Assembly (NCBI GenBank): GCA_002269645.1
Contig: NIVC01001588.1
Coordinates: 115,204 to 179,203, forward strand
Source of the DNA: Macrostomum lignano
Taxonomy: Eukaryota
Length of the DNA stretch: 64,000 nt
Direction: 5' to 3'
In this document: positions 13,301 through 25,974 of the stretch, in pieces
Numbering within the stretch: position 1 is the stretch's first letter
How the letters are laid out: each line of letters opens with the position of its first letter
Made by a program: the position numbers and the translations under genes
The notes under the pieces: model-generated
Seen by the model: the letters and a program-made list of their open reading frames with translations, nothing else
The model's database searches: none
What the model was told of the DNA's origin: nothing

Positions 13301-14716
13301 ACAGCTTTTAAGCAGGAATGAGCCCCACACAAAAAACATCCACAAGCCAGCCCAAAATCATCCAAAGACATGGCTATTGAAGCCTAAATTGCTAGAAATG
13401 CGCATTTTTTCATAAGAAAATACAAATTTTCACAGTTTTTATGCATTTTTACGTTAAAATGCAGACTTTATTGATCAAAATCAGTAGTTTCATCACTAGA
13501 AACCATACTTTCAGCAACTAATTTGTCCAAATATCGCTTTCAACTTGACCTTAGACAGCTTTTAAGCAGGAATGAACCCCCCACGAACATACACAAGCTA
13601 GCCCAAAATCATCCAAGGACGGCTGTTGAAGACTAAATTGCTAGAAATGAGCATTTTTTCATAAGAAAACACAAATTTTCACAGTTTTTACGCATTTTTT
13701 CGTTAAAATGCAGACTTTATTGATCAAAATCAGTAATTCATCACTAAAAACCACAATTTTAACACAAAATTATCACAAATGCTACTTCTGGAACTCTGAG
13801 ACAGCTTTGAGCAGGAATTATAATCGCACACGGATTACCCGAGCCAGTCCAATATTCCACTGAAGCCAGGGTTTTTTAAAGCTGAATTGTTAGAATTGCT
13901 CATTCTTTCGTTTAATAAAGGCCAATTTTCACAGTTTTATTATTTTCTAACGTTAAAATGCGAAATGTATTGGTCAAACTTAGTAGTTTCATCCCAAAAG
14001 CCATAATTTCAACCGCTAATTTGTCCAAATGCTGATTTCAAAGTTGGCAAGAGACAGCTTTCGAGCAGGAATGAGTCACACACTGATCTCCATATGCACA
14101 CCCCGGCCCAAGTTGGAATTCCACCCAAGACATTTTCATTGAAAGCTAAATTACTAGAAATTGCACATTTTCGTTTTAAAAAGGTCAATTTTCACAGTTT
14201 TTACTCTTTTTAACGTTAAAATGCAGACTTTATTGAACAAAATTAATCACTTCATCAGCAGAAACCATAATTTTTACAACTTAATGCTGTTTCATCATTC
14301 AAATGTATGTATTTGGTACGTGTAATACCCCTCAAGAAGTCAGGGAAGGGATTATTCTTGAATATTGGGTTAAAACGTACAGTTTGCTATAAACCTAGCT
14401 ATAATAATTTTAACATATACAGTCGGCGAAGCGGCCCGTTGATTTCGATTGACATTTAAACTGTCCCTCCCAGACCTCTCTCTCTCTCCTTCTGCACCCA
14501 CCGAGAAAAGTGACTCATGCGGCAATCAGTTTGACAGGTTTAGTATATTACTGAATTGGCAAAACAGCCAACACCCAATGGTCATATTAGACTCGTCTTC
14601 ACAGCACAGACCCATGTAGAACAGAACCACTCGTCCCTGTCTCTCTGACCTTACCATTTCTAACTGTCAAGTAATTCCGACCCTCCCTCTCCAATTTCAG
14701 TGTACAAACGGATATT
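10383..14716 (+). repeat. Left arm of 4.3-kb inverted repeat
   Basis: Reverse complement of 16370-20705 (coordinate sums 31087-31089). Mirrored ORF pairs, e.g. 11410-11628(+) / 19461-19679(-). Confidence 0.95.
13090..14270 (+). repeat. ~250-bp degenerate tandem repeat (x5) inside the IR arm, mirrored at ~16820-18000
   Basis: AAAATGCAGACTTT..ATCAAAA..AGT..TTCATC core recurs at about 13202, 13456, 13706, 13955 and 14217. Confidence 0.8.
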
Positions 14717-16369
14717 TTCACAGCACAGACTCATATATTGAGCCTCCTCCAACCAAAACCCTATCTTGATTACGTCATCCACCTCCCCCATAGAAGCAGT
14801 TAGCAAGAAACAAAATTTTTCGATGCACATATGAACACTGTGAACCATGCAAAATAGCACATCTACGGGTCGATTTTGATTGACAATTTAATACCTTTTG
14901 TTGATGCTGCTGTGTACAGTAGTCTTATTTCCGAAGCTCCTAGCAGTCATCTTTTAGATGTGGTGAATCAGTGTTGTTTTTGCCAACTTTACATCTTGAT
15001 TCATTTTCCAAATTCTTCAACTCTGACCATATTCAATAATTTAACCTATGCAAGTAGATTTGCCAATTCGCCAAATTAGCCAATACGAATGGGGCCAGAG
15101 GACCCACCCAAATCGAGCCCTTGTCTCTCTCAGGCCTCTCTCTCCTACACATACCCCAGAAAAGTGACTCATGAGGCAATCAGTTTAACAGGTTCAGTAT
15201 ACTGAATTGGCAAAACAGCAAACACCCAATGGTCAATGGACTCGTCTTCGCAGCACAGACCATTTTGAATAAAGCCAAAACACACATACACCCCTATTCT
15301 CTGACCAAACCTTTCCATTTCTAGTTGTCAACGAAATTCGACCGGCCTCTCTCTCAATCCCAATGTACATTTTGACGAAGCAAGCAGATCTTTTCACAGC
15401 ACGGACCCAGCCTCCCCCAACCAAAGCCCTATCTCTGATTACGTCATCTATACATCCCCATAGAAGCAGTTAGCAAGAAAAAAATTTCGATGCGCATATA
15501 TGAACAATGCGAACCAAGCAAATCCGCGCGTCTACCAAAGCCAACCCTACCCTGCGTGCTGTAATTGCATTTGTCAATGTACACACCCTATGAATCAGTG
15601 TCTCCTTCTTTGGAACACACGAAGGCATTAGTCAGAAAGTTTGGATGCAATTAAAAACTCTCTCGATACTTTGCGTATAAACGAGTAATCGATTGAATCA
15701 ATTGTACACTTGACACATTTAATTACGTGCTGCCATGCAACGGAAAGAAAGGATAATGGGGTGGGTGGTCACGCAGCCTCATTCTCTCTTTCCTACTGAT
15801 TTTTCATTATCTATCAATCTCAGCTCTTTCCGGGGCAACTCGCGCATGTGTGCATAGTTCCTCATCAGATTTACCACATGTTCATTCACATGTGATGTAC
15901 ATATGCAAGCGGCAGCCGATTTAAACCTGAGAAATGGTTGAAGCACTCCCCCGACTATGACTAAATGCACGTACGTTCAGTCAAATACAGGAAAATTTGA
16001 CACCCGTAGTATGAAGATGAAATCTTCACGAAAGCTTCACATGTTTATCTTTCTCTGTGGAAATGACGATAGTTTCTCAATAAAAATCTGTCATAGGCCC
16101 AATATAGCAGTTTAAATATTTTCACGAAAATGTCGCATTATTCAAAGAACTGATTTTTGCAAACTCTACTGTCAGTAGGAAGATGAGTTTTCATAGAGAC
16201 ATTTTGTAAAACATAGACTAAACTTTCAAATCATTCGTTTACACGACCAACTGTCTATATTAATGGTGGGGTTATTATTACTTTACAGAAAAACGCATGT
16301 CCTGTGTTACGACACTGCCTAGCAACCGTATAATTTTTGCAGGTCAAGGAGCATTAATACATGAACTAC

Positions 16370-19300
16370 AAATATCTGTTTGTACACTGAAATTGGAGAG
16401 GGAGGGTCGGAATTACTTGACAGTTAGAAATGGTAAGGTCAGAGAGACAGGGACGAGTGGTTCTGTTCTACATGGGTCTGTGCTGTGAAGACGAGTCTAA
16501 TATGACCATTGGGTGTTGGCTGTTTTGCCAATTCAGTAATATACTAAACCTGTCAAACTGATTGCCGCATGAGTCACTTTTCTCGGTGGGTGCAGAAGGA
16601 GAGAGAGAGAGGTCTGGGAGGGACAGTTTAAATGTCAATCGAAATCAACGGGCCGCTTCGCCGACTGTATATGTTAAAATTATTATCGCTAGGTTTATAG
16701 CAAACTGTACGTTTTAACCCAATATTCAAGAATAATCCCTTCCCTGACTTCTTGAGGGGTATTACACGTACCAAATACATACATTTGAATGATGAAACAG
16801 CATTAAGTTGTAAAAATTATGGTTTCTGCTGATGAAGTGATTAATTTTGTTCAATAAAGTCTGCATTTTAACGTTAAAAAGAGTAAAAACTGTGAAAATT
16901 GACCTTTTTAAAACGAAAATGTGCAATTTCTAGTAATTTAGCTTTCAATGAAAATGTCTTGGGTGGAATTCCAACTTGGGCCGGGGTGTGCATATGGAGA
17001 TCAGTGTGTGACTCATTCCTGCTCGAAAGCTGTCTCTTGCCAACTTTGAAATCAGCATTTGGACAAATTAGCGGTTGAAATTATGGCTTTTGGGATGAAA
17101 CTACTAAGTTTGACCAATACATTTCGCATTTTAACGTTAGAAAATAATAAAACTGTGAAAATTGGCCTTTATTAAACGAAAGAATGAGCAATTCTAACAA
17201 TTCAGCTTTAAAAAACCCTGGCTTCAGTGGAATATTGGACTGGCTCGGGTAATCCGTGTGCGATTATAATTCCTGCTCAAAGCTGTCTCAGAGTTCCAGA
17301 AGTAGCATTTGTGATAATTTTGTGTTAAAATTGTGGTTTTTAGTGATGAATTACTGATTTTGATCAATAAAGTCTGCATTTTAACGAAAAAATGCGTAAA
17401 AACTGTGAAAATTTGTGTTTTCTTATGAAAAAATGCTCATTTCTAGCAATTTAGTCTTCAACAGCCGTCCTTGGATGATTTTGGGCTAGCTTGTGTATGT
17501 TCGTGGGGGGTTCATTCCTGCTTAAAAGCTGTCTAAGGTCAAGTTGAAAGCGATATTTGGACAAATTAGTTGCTGAAAGTATGGTTTCTAGTGATGAAAC
17601 TACTGATTTTGATCAATAAAGTCTGCATTTTAACGTAAAAATGCATAAAAACTGTGAAAATTTGTATTTTCTTATGAAAAAATGCGCATTTCTAGCAATT
17701 TAGGCTTCAATAGCCATGTCTTTGGATGATTTTGGGCTGGCTTGTGGATGTTTTTTGTGTGGGGCTCATTCCTGCTTAAAAGCTGTCTAAGGTCAAGTTG
17801 AAAGCGACATTTGGACAAATTAGCTGTTGAAAGTATGGTTTCTAGTGATGAAACTACTGATTTTGATCAACAAAGTCTGCATTTTAAGGTTAAAATCGAA
17901 AAAAAACTGTGAAAAGCTGCATTTTAATGAAAAAATGTGCATTTCTAGTCATTTAGCTTTTAAAATAACCAAATTTCTTGTCTGAAATTCCAACTTTACT
18001 TTGTATGGAGAGGTCAGTGCATGATTCATTCCTGCTTCTAACAGATTAAACCGACCGTCTCAAAGACCAAGTCTGAAAGCTTGAAGTGAGAAGGTAGGGG
18101 AGGCGGAGAGGCAGAATTGAATAGCCTCGCGTATTTAAATTTGTGGACTTCACTACTTCTAGTAAACGCAAGGGTGACTTATACTATTTACAAAGTTTAG
18201 ATCAAGTAAATCAGAATTGCATGCGGTGGAGACACTGATTCATAGGCTGTGTACATTTACAAATGCAGCTGGGGTTTGTCAATGCAGGTAGAGGTTGACG
18301 GACTCGGATTTGCTCGCGGGGTTGATGTGTGCATTAAAAGTTGGTTTCTTGCTATCTGGGGCGGCATGGATGACGTAATCGGAGAAGAGAGGGGTTTTGA
18401 AGTTTAATATATGGTCTGTGCTGTGGAAAGATCTGTCTGTACACTGAAAATGGAGAGAGGGTCGAAATTCCTTGGCATTTAGAAGGGGGGGGGGCAGAGA
18501 AAACAGGGGCGAGTGTTAAAATTTAGCTCGATTTGTTATGGTGTCTGCGCTGTGTCTGGTAAACATCGGAGGGGTGGCTGTTTTCGAACAGGGTTGAATT
18601 TGACTATGATCCGAGTTAAAGGGTGGTTCAACATTCAGTATAGGGGCCTCGAGGGGTGAGGATATACCGTAAAGCAGTAGTTGATAATTACCAATTAAAG
18701 GTCTTGTATCATCCACACTGTCAATATAGAAATATAAAGCACTGCTTCAACACAGTCCTGCATTTGGGGTCTGACTTGGGGAGAGGCTTGGATGACGCAA
18801 CCTCCACCCCATCGCTTGGCGAGAGTTTGTACAGGCCCGCCTCTATATGAAAGTATGTGTATTTTATAAGTGATTTTGAATAAATTATCAGCATATTCAA
18901 ACCTACATTCTCCGATGGACCGTTATGGGGTGGGCGGGCGCTACAGTTCTGCGCGTACACCAATTTTGGGATGGACAGTAAATATGGACAAGTAATAATA
19001 TGGACAGTTATGGGGTGGGTCGGCGCGCGTTAATTCTGCCAATTTTTGGTATATGAACAGTTAATATGGACAGTTAATTCTGCGTACACCAATGCTGCAT
19101 TGTGTGGGGATGGGGGCGCGCGCGTTTCTACGTACAACAACGGTGAAGCGCTAATTATGCGTACTATATTGTACTCGTCGCTGCTGTACGATACAGTGTA
19201 CACTGGTTACATGTATAGATTTTACATGAGAGTATAAATGTCTCACATAATGACTCTGGACCAATTAGAATCGGTCTAATGTATTTAGATAGGCGTTGAA

Positions 19301-20705
19301 TTTGCATTGGCTCTGACACCCACCTCACCTCCAAAACCCTGCAGTTTCTGCACGATACGTAGTGCAGTTGATAGCCCTCGGCTACCAAGCTTCACTCTTG
19401 GTGGCAGTGTTTTTCGACCCGTCAACAAATCTTGAGTGTAGCCCAGAAACAATTACAGCTTCATTTCTGCATACATTTAAGATGTTCTGCATTGAAAATA
19501 TATTGAAACATATAATATAATGTAACGCTAGTTAAGAACATATATAAAACTAAATAATATTTCAATGAGACGCTTTTAAAATTAAAAATAATGTGCTTTT
19601 CATTTTGAATCTGTCCAAATGCGCGTTTAATTTTTTTATTGAAATAAGCATAAACTGTAGTCGTTTTGTTAAAATTCAAGTAGAAATTTGTAAATGTTAA
19701 AATTCCGGAAAAAATAAATTCTACTTGAATGAAAGAAAAAAAATCGATCGGTATGGACTGCTGAGTTATATTTAATCACAGAATTTCAGCTGACTTATAT
19801 ACTGTTATCGTAATACATTATTTACAGACACTGAGACACAGCTGTTATTAAATTGTTATAACTTATACAAGCCACAGCCCACAGGCACAAGCCACAAGGT
19901 ACAGGCCAAGCCAAAGCCCAAAGTTAAAATATTTTTTATTCTCTTTAGTAATTTGTCTTATAGGATAACAGCGGACATAGGCCTATCCGTATCTATGTTA
20001 ATAAGCAGGTGCAGCTTTTTCTCATTATTTTCTAATTCTAATTCTTATGAATATGAGAGGCCTATTATTATCAGTTGTGCTTATTAGTTGTAAAAAATTA
20101 TTCATTAGAACTGACACTGATAAGAATTTGGCCTAGAGGCTAGGGCCTATATATACTATAGATATTTTATTCCCACCATCACGATTCACATCCTTGGTAT
20201 AGTTTCTTGGCGCATTTCTGCAGAAAAGTTTCTATTTCTATAGAAAAAATTCTTTTTAATGAGCATTAGTCCATAAGTTGTTAGATGTCAAAAGTTGCTG
20301 GTTTTTTGTCCTTTTTTAGGCCTCCAAACAGTATATTTACAAGTTTACAATAATTGCCAAATTTTATTTATGAGCAATCCTTATACTTAATATTTTTCAT
20401 TGACAGATTAATGCATGCATATCTATTGCATTTTGGATGAACCATTGTTTGGCATCAAAGCCATACGATACCTGTTTTTATAACTCTCTTCTTAATTACC
20501 TGTCGTTCTGTTGTTTGTTCATATAGTTCATCTGTAAAACCATAAAAAAATCCTATATGCTCTTTTAAATATTGTATTTTATACAATTTTGTTATCACCT
20601 GATTAATATCTAGGCCTATATAACTTATTTTTATAACCTATAGGCTAAACTGTCTTGCACAATATTGGCAACTACATACATAAACTTCACGCAATACTTT
20701 TTTAA
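16370..20705 (-). repeat. Right arm of 4.3-kb inverted repeat
   Basis: Near-identical reverse complement of 10383-14716, with scattered substitutions. Confidence 0.95.
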
Positions 20706-20750
20706 AATTCATTTTAAAATGAATTTTATTTTATTTTATTTATCATTAAA

Positions 20751-21117
20751 TTTTGTTAAAATTCAAGTAGAAATTTGTAAATGTTAAAATTCCGGAAAAA
20801 ATAAATTCTACTTGAATGAAAGAAAAAAAATCGATCGGTATGGACTGCTGAGTTATATTTAATCACAGAATTTCAGCTGACTTATATACTGTTATCGTAA
20901 TACATTATTTACAGACACTGAGACACAGCTGTTATTAAATTGTTATAACTTATACAAGCCACAGCCCACAGGCACAAGCCACAAGGTACAGGCCAAGCCA
21001 AAGCCCAAAGTTAAAATATTTTTTATTCTATTTAGTAATTTGTCTTATAGGATAACAGCGGACATAGGCCTATCTGTATCTATGTTAATAAGCAGGTGCA
21101 GCTTTTTCTCATTATTT
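20751..21117 (+). repeat. 367-bp direct duplication of IR-arm segment 19664-20030
   Basis: Constant offset of 1087 over the whole block, with few substitutions. Confidence 0.9.
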
Positions 21118-23180
21118 GAGGCCCAGTAAAAGCGGCTGCAGCTCCTGGCGCTACAAACGCAGGAGCGGGAGTTGCGAGAACGAGCCAGGGCGACATTAGG
21201 TACGGAATCAGGTGAGCATCAAAACATTCTCGCTGAAATCCTGAACCAAACAGGCACCGCGTCGGCGCGAATGCCAATCCCCGACCGACTTGGATGCCGT
21301 GTCATGCTCGTCAAAGACTTTGTCGACGACGAGCTGCTCACCCGGGGCAGCTCAGGCGGACTGGTGCTCAAGAAGTCGACAACTAAATTAGACGGCATGA
21401 CAGTCGGACAGTGGCTATCAGGCAGCATGAGGATCCTGCTGCAGATGCTCGAAGAGACGTCGCATCAGGTACTAACAAGGGCCAGCCTTACACCCCGGTG
21501 AAACAATGCCAAGGACTATGCCCGGTACAACATCCAAGTGGCCGAGCTCTTCGACCGTGTTCCAGTGCACCGGGTGGTTCGATTCGACCACGACTACCGC
21601 CAGCACCGCGCCGCCAAAGACTGCCCCAGATGTCTATCAGGCACCTGCTCAGCAACCAAGACTGACCAGCAGAACCAGACAGCTACTAGGCGCCCCCAGC
21701 CTAACAAAAACCGCATCGTTGGGCCGCAAACATCCTCGGGCCGTCAGCTATGTCTGTCTGTCAACAGCACCAACGGATCGTGCTCAAGGACAAACCGTCG
21801 CTTTCTGCATGCCTGTCGAGTCTGCGAGGGCAACCATTCCGAGCAGAATCACCCAAAAAACTGAGCTCACACCTGGAGCTCGCCGGCGACCACGACGCTA
21901 ATTTTATTCTTGACGACATCAAGCATGGCTTCCCTATCGCTTATGACCTCGATTTTACGCCCTGTTTTCTACGCAACTACCAATCCGCCTACCAAGAAGT
22001 GCGACCAAGTCCAAGCAGCCCTAGAAGAAGAAATCCGTCTGGGCAGATGCATCCCAATGGCGGGCAAGCCCACGATGGTCTGCCCGCTCAGCGCGATTCC
22101 TAAGGACAGCACCAGCATCCGGCTGATCCACGACTGCTCCGTTCCTCACGGCCAAAGCCTGAACGACCATTACGCCCAGCAGCGCAGGCTCCGCTTCACT
22201 TCTGTCGATGAGGCCGTCAGGTTGATGCAGCCGGGCTGGTTCATGGCGAAGGTTGACATCGCGTCCGCCTACCGTGCTGTGTCTATTTCTCCGCAGTGCT
22301 ACCAAGCCATCGGGATCCACTGGGACTTCGGCGACGGGCGCTCAGCTTACATAGTGGACACGCGCCTACCATTCGGCAGTCGTGCCTCTGTCAGCATCTA
22401 CCATCGTCTCACTCAAGCGGTTCGGCGTATGATGTGCCGCAAAGGCTTCCTGGTCACCATCGTCTTTATCGATGATGATTTTCTTCTCATGGCGAGGACA
22501 GAAGCTGAGTGCTTACGAGAGACCAGAGAAAACCTGTGCCGCCAACAACCAAGCTGCGGTTCCTGGGGACAGACATCGACACCGTACAAGCGAGCCTCTC
22601 TTTCCCAGCTGACAAAGCCAAGAAGCTACAGCTCCTGCTTCGCACCTGCCTATCGCGGCAAGACTTGTCGAAGTCTAAGTTGCAGAAACTGCTAGGGCAT
22701 CTCAGCCATATGTGCACTACCGCTCAGCATGGTGGAACCTTCCTGCGCCTCCTTGTTCCTTTCGGCTTGGTTGGCCAATGTTGCGATTTCAGGGCCGGTT
22801 TAAAGGCTCTGTAATCGGTTTTAGCTGACCGGGGCCGGTGCCCCTGCCCGCTGGGTGGGGGTGAGGGTGCGTTATGCGTGGTGTGGTGTGGTGGGGGTTG
22901 GGGTCGCGCCGGCCCTTTTATTCGCGGGTTCTGCCCCTCTGCGTTGGCATGCTTGGCTAAATTTTTTTCTTTGTGCTTGCCTCTGCATTCTGGGTAAACC
23001 TCTGCATTTCTCCTCTGCTTTTATCCCTGCTTCTACTACCCCTTTGCTTGTAACACTTTGATCTCGAGTCAAATACACTCGCTCTCGCTGGGCTCGTTTC
23101 GCCCGCTTTTTCGCCGCCATCCCATGCGTCTTCTCCTTGTTCCTTTCGACCCGGTTGGCTAATTCTTCTTTGCGTTATAA
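21118..23180 (+). mobile_element. DIRS-order (Ngaro-like) retrotransposon remnant: gag + RT, RNase H/YR deleted, terminal repeats
   Basis: Gag-like QWLSGSMRIL..YNIQVAELFD..VVRFDHDYRQ with a C/H-rich tail. RT motifs PLSAIPK..IRLIHDCS, AKVDIASAYR, RLPFGSRAS, VFIDDDFLL and LRFLGTDID. Several frameshifts. A 31-bp direct repeat at 22749 and 23133. Confidence 0.85.
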
Positions 23181-23192
23181 ATAGTAAGATGA

Positions 23193-24604
23193 TTAATTGT
23201 TCGCCATAAATAGTAACAACCATAAATAGTGGCATCCTATGAGACCTCTACTGGCTGTTCGCTTTAAGCATTGCATGCAAATAAAATAAATTTCTGGTTG
23301 CAGTATTGAAATGTGCGCCCATGAATAACAATAGGCGCATTGTTGCAAACTACTGCTACACATAGGACAGGTTTCCCATTGTTTTATATAGTGAGCATTG
23401 GATAAGCATGCACGATCCGCATACGTGATGTCAAAATTTTCACAAATAGTTGGAGGCTTCATAGCCAGGTCTTCATTTAAACAAACTGGGCAATCATACA
23501 GTTGCTGCGGTATATGGACGTAGGTTGTAGTATCGCCCCACACCCAAGCAACAAAATTCGGCGAGCTGTAAAAACCCTAACCCCATCGTTCCTGAATACC
23601 CCTTTTTGTAAGAATGCGCACGGTAACAAAAGGAATGTGGGGTTCATTGACCCCGCTTCGAAGTTTAGACTGTCAAAAATGTTTGATTGATCACCCCTCT
23701 GATAACAGATCCTGCCGTATAGCAGCCATTATTTTCCGCCGAGAGCCGCAAATTTAAGAAACCCCCGATCGGAACGTGTCTCCATTAGTTTCGTATCCCT
23801 CCTTGGCACCCAGCAACCGCCCCAATTGGCCGCTTTGGATTGTTAAAGCTGTCATAAATGTCTGATTAATTACCCCGCGGTAGCAGCAGCAGCAGCCAAG
23901 TTTTATTGTTGCCAAACCCCTTCTATCAATTGCCGGGTGCCAGAAAACGCTGCCGCCGCAGGATCGGTTTTTGCTTCTAGTTCAATGATTAGTCATATAG
24001 ACCCCTGAAATTTTATGACTGTCCTCTGCTGGCATTGCCAAATTATGCAATCTAGCTCTACTTTTTGAAATTTTGAAAGCCAATTGAATGCTGAACCAAA
24101 AGCAGTTTCCCGGGCCTTTATACTTCAATGATACATCTGCGACAGACAGTCCGAAATTGTAAGCTAAATGAGGCTAAAGATGAAAAGCAGTTTTTTTTCA
24201 GAGAGTCCTATTATTTCAATAAGCTGAACTTATCTTAGAGATTGCGAAAGCCAAATGAATGCCAAAGATGAAAAGCAGTTTACAGAGAACAGCCCTATTA
24301 TTCAATAATCCCAAATTTAGAGTTTGCGAAAGCCAAAGATGAAGAAATCTGTTTTTGCAGAAACTTGCAAGACTCACCTATACGCTCGTAGTTGTCTCCT
24401 CTTTGCGGCCGGAGGCTGTGACTGCTGCTGCTGTTGTTGCTGTTGTTGTTGTTGTTGTTGATGCCGGCCCCGCTGGGTCACCTGGTCAATGGGCCTACGG
24501 GAACGGTCTGACTGCAACATGGCACAGCCAGCCGTCATTGCCCCGCTCACCATAGGACAGGGGCCTTGCACCACCGCGTCGCCGCGTGAGTGTGCAGAGG
24601 GCAT
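23193..24604 (-). CDS. Predicted two-exon orphan Cys-rich (zinc-binding-like) protein, ~199 aa
   Basis: Exon 1 24604-24378 ends TATAG|GTGAGT (phase 2). Acceptor TTTTTACAG|C at 23566 gives exon 2 23565-23193 in frame. Motifs CPVC, CPMC, CAYC and CMQC, plus poly-Q and PAAKRR. TATA-like box at 24961-24970. Confidence 0.5.
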
Positions 24605-24960
24605 GTCGGTGAGCCTGCCACCAGGTCCACCAGGGTCAACCCCAGCAGAGGGGCCGGAATTCCAGCTTTCGTGTCCGTGGCCAGCGGACCTTCCACCCCA
24701 CGCCTGACAGTCCAGCACTGGCGGCCAGCCCCGATGGGGTCTAGCCAGTGTCTGGAGCTGCTCGGAGGCCTGCTGGATGTGAGGCTATTAAGCGTAATTA
24801 AGACGCTGCTGTTGCTGCTGCGGCTGTGAGGGACCGGCTCGCCCCCACAAATCAGAAATAGCGACTTCAGCGGCCGGGCGGCCAGCAGACAGCTGCTGGT
24901 GCTGCTGTTGTCGGCTGCTGCTGCCGAAGTGATTGCGGCTGCTGCGGTGGCTCTCACCCG

Positions 24961-24970
24961 CTTTATATAC
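24961..24970 (-). promoter_or_regulatory. TATA-box-like element upstream of the orphan gene
   Basis: GTATATAAAG on the minus strand, followed ~35 bp later by an Inr-like TCACTT. No ATG occurs before 24604. Confidence 0.35.
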
Positions 24971-25721
24971 CCCAGCGAGAGGGACGCTGAGATTGGGGCA
25001 CGAGAAATGTGCATGATTTTCTTTACCTTGCCTAAATTGTCTAGATTACTCGTAGTGTACGATTGTACACCCGGTTCTGCGGCTAATTTGGTATAGAAAG
25101 TTGGGCTTCCTCTTGCAGCATGTCTTTTCGACTTGAATCTGATAGAAAACGGTGTTTATCCAGAAAATAATTAGCAGAGGTAGGCCATTATAATAGCTAA
25201 ATTCAAATAAAAATATGAAAAAAAATCCTGCGGTTATTCAAGGACAAGGTATTGAGAGAAAATGGATGTCAAAAATTGCTGTAGCTGTTATCAATTTATT
25301 AGCCTGGGAGAAATGGGGCTTGTGTGCAAAGCATCTGAACGACAGAGGCTCGGGGAATAGTCGATGAAAAGCTCTTGCCATCCTCTAAAATATCTATCGT
25401 ATCAAAGAGTAATAAAGGTGACAGCCCCTGCCTCGAGCCAAATCAGAGAGACGGAGTTTTCTAGCTCGTATTTCTCAGGTTGTTTACGCAATGTTTGGGG
25501 ATGCTTCCCTGTCACCTGGGTTTATACGGAAAGAGAGTCAGTTATGGCATTTAAGCGGTGATGAAGAATTGCTTTGGTGAGGTTGAGGTAATGTGTTGTT
25601 TGTTGTGAATGTGCATGCTCAATGCTATTACCTGGTATGTAACGCGCGCGCACCGATGTACATCCTACGCGCTCGTATCATCATAATATATATTGGCTAG
25701 CTCACTATAGCTGAGAGCTAC

Positions 25722-25972
25722 CTCTCCTCTCCTCTCCTCTCCTCTCCTCTCCTCTCCTCTCCTCTCCTCTCCTCTCCTCTCCTCTCCTCTCCTCTCCTCT
25801 CCTCTCCTCTCCTCTCCTCTCCTCTCCTCTCCTCTCCTCTCCTCTCCTCTCCTCTCCTCTCCTCTCCTCTCCTCACCTCTCCTCTCCTCTCCTCTCCTCT
25901 CCTCTCCTCTCCTCTCCTCTCCTCACCTCTCCTCTCCTCTCCTCTCCTCTCCTCTCCTCTCCTCTCCTCTCC
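25722..25972 (+). repeat. (CTCTC)n pentanucleotide microsatellite
   Basis: About 50 units. Confidence 0.97.
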
Positions 25973-25974
25973 TT

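Noticed and set aside
11410-19679. Short ORFs duplicated in the palindrome arms as genes
   Set aside because: All are 80 aa or less with no recognisable motifs, and they are duplicated only because of the inverted repeat.
10383-20705. Palindrome as a simple missed-adapter assembly artefact, or as a piggyBac/Polinton
   Set aside because: Arm substitutions, a 1.65-kb spacer and a mosaic third copy argue against a simple artefact, though reads are needed to exclude it. There are no CCC termini inside the TTAA, and no polymerase, integrase or transposase ORF.
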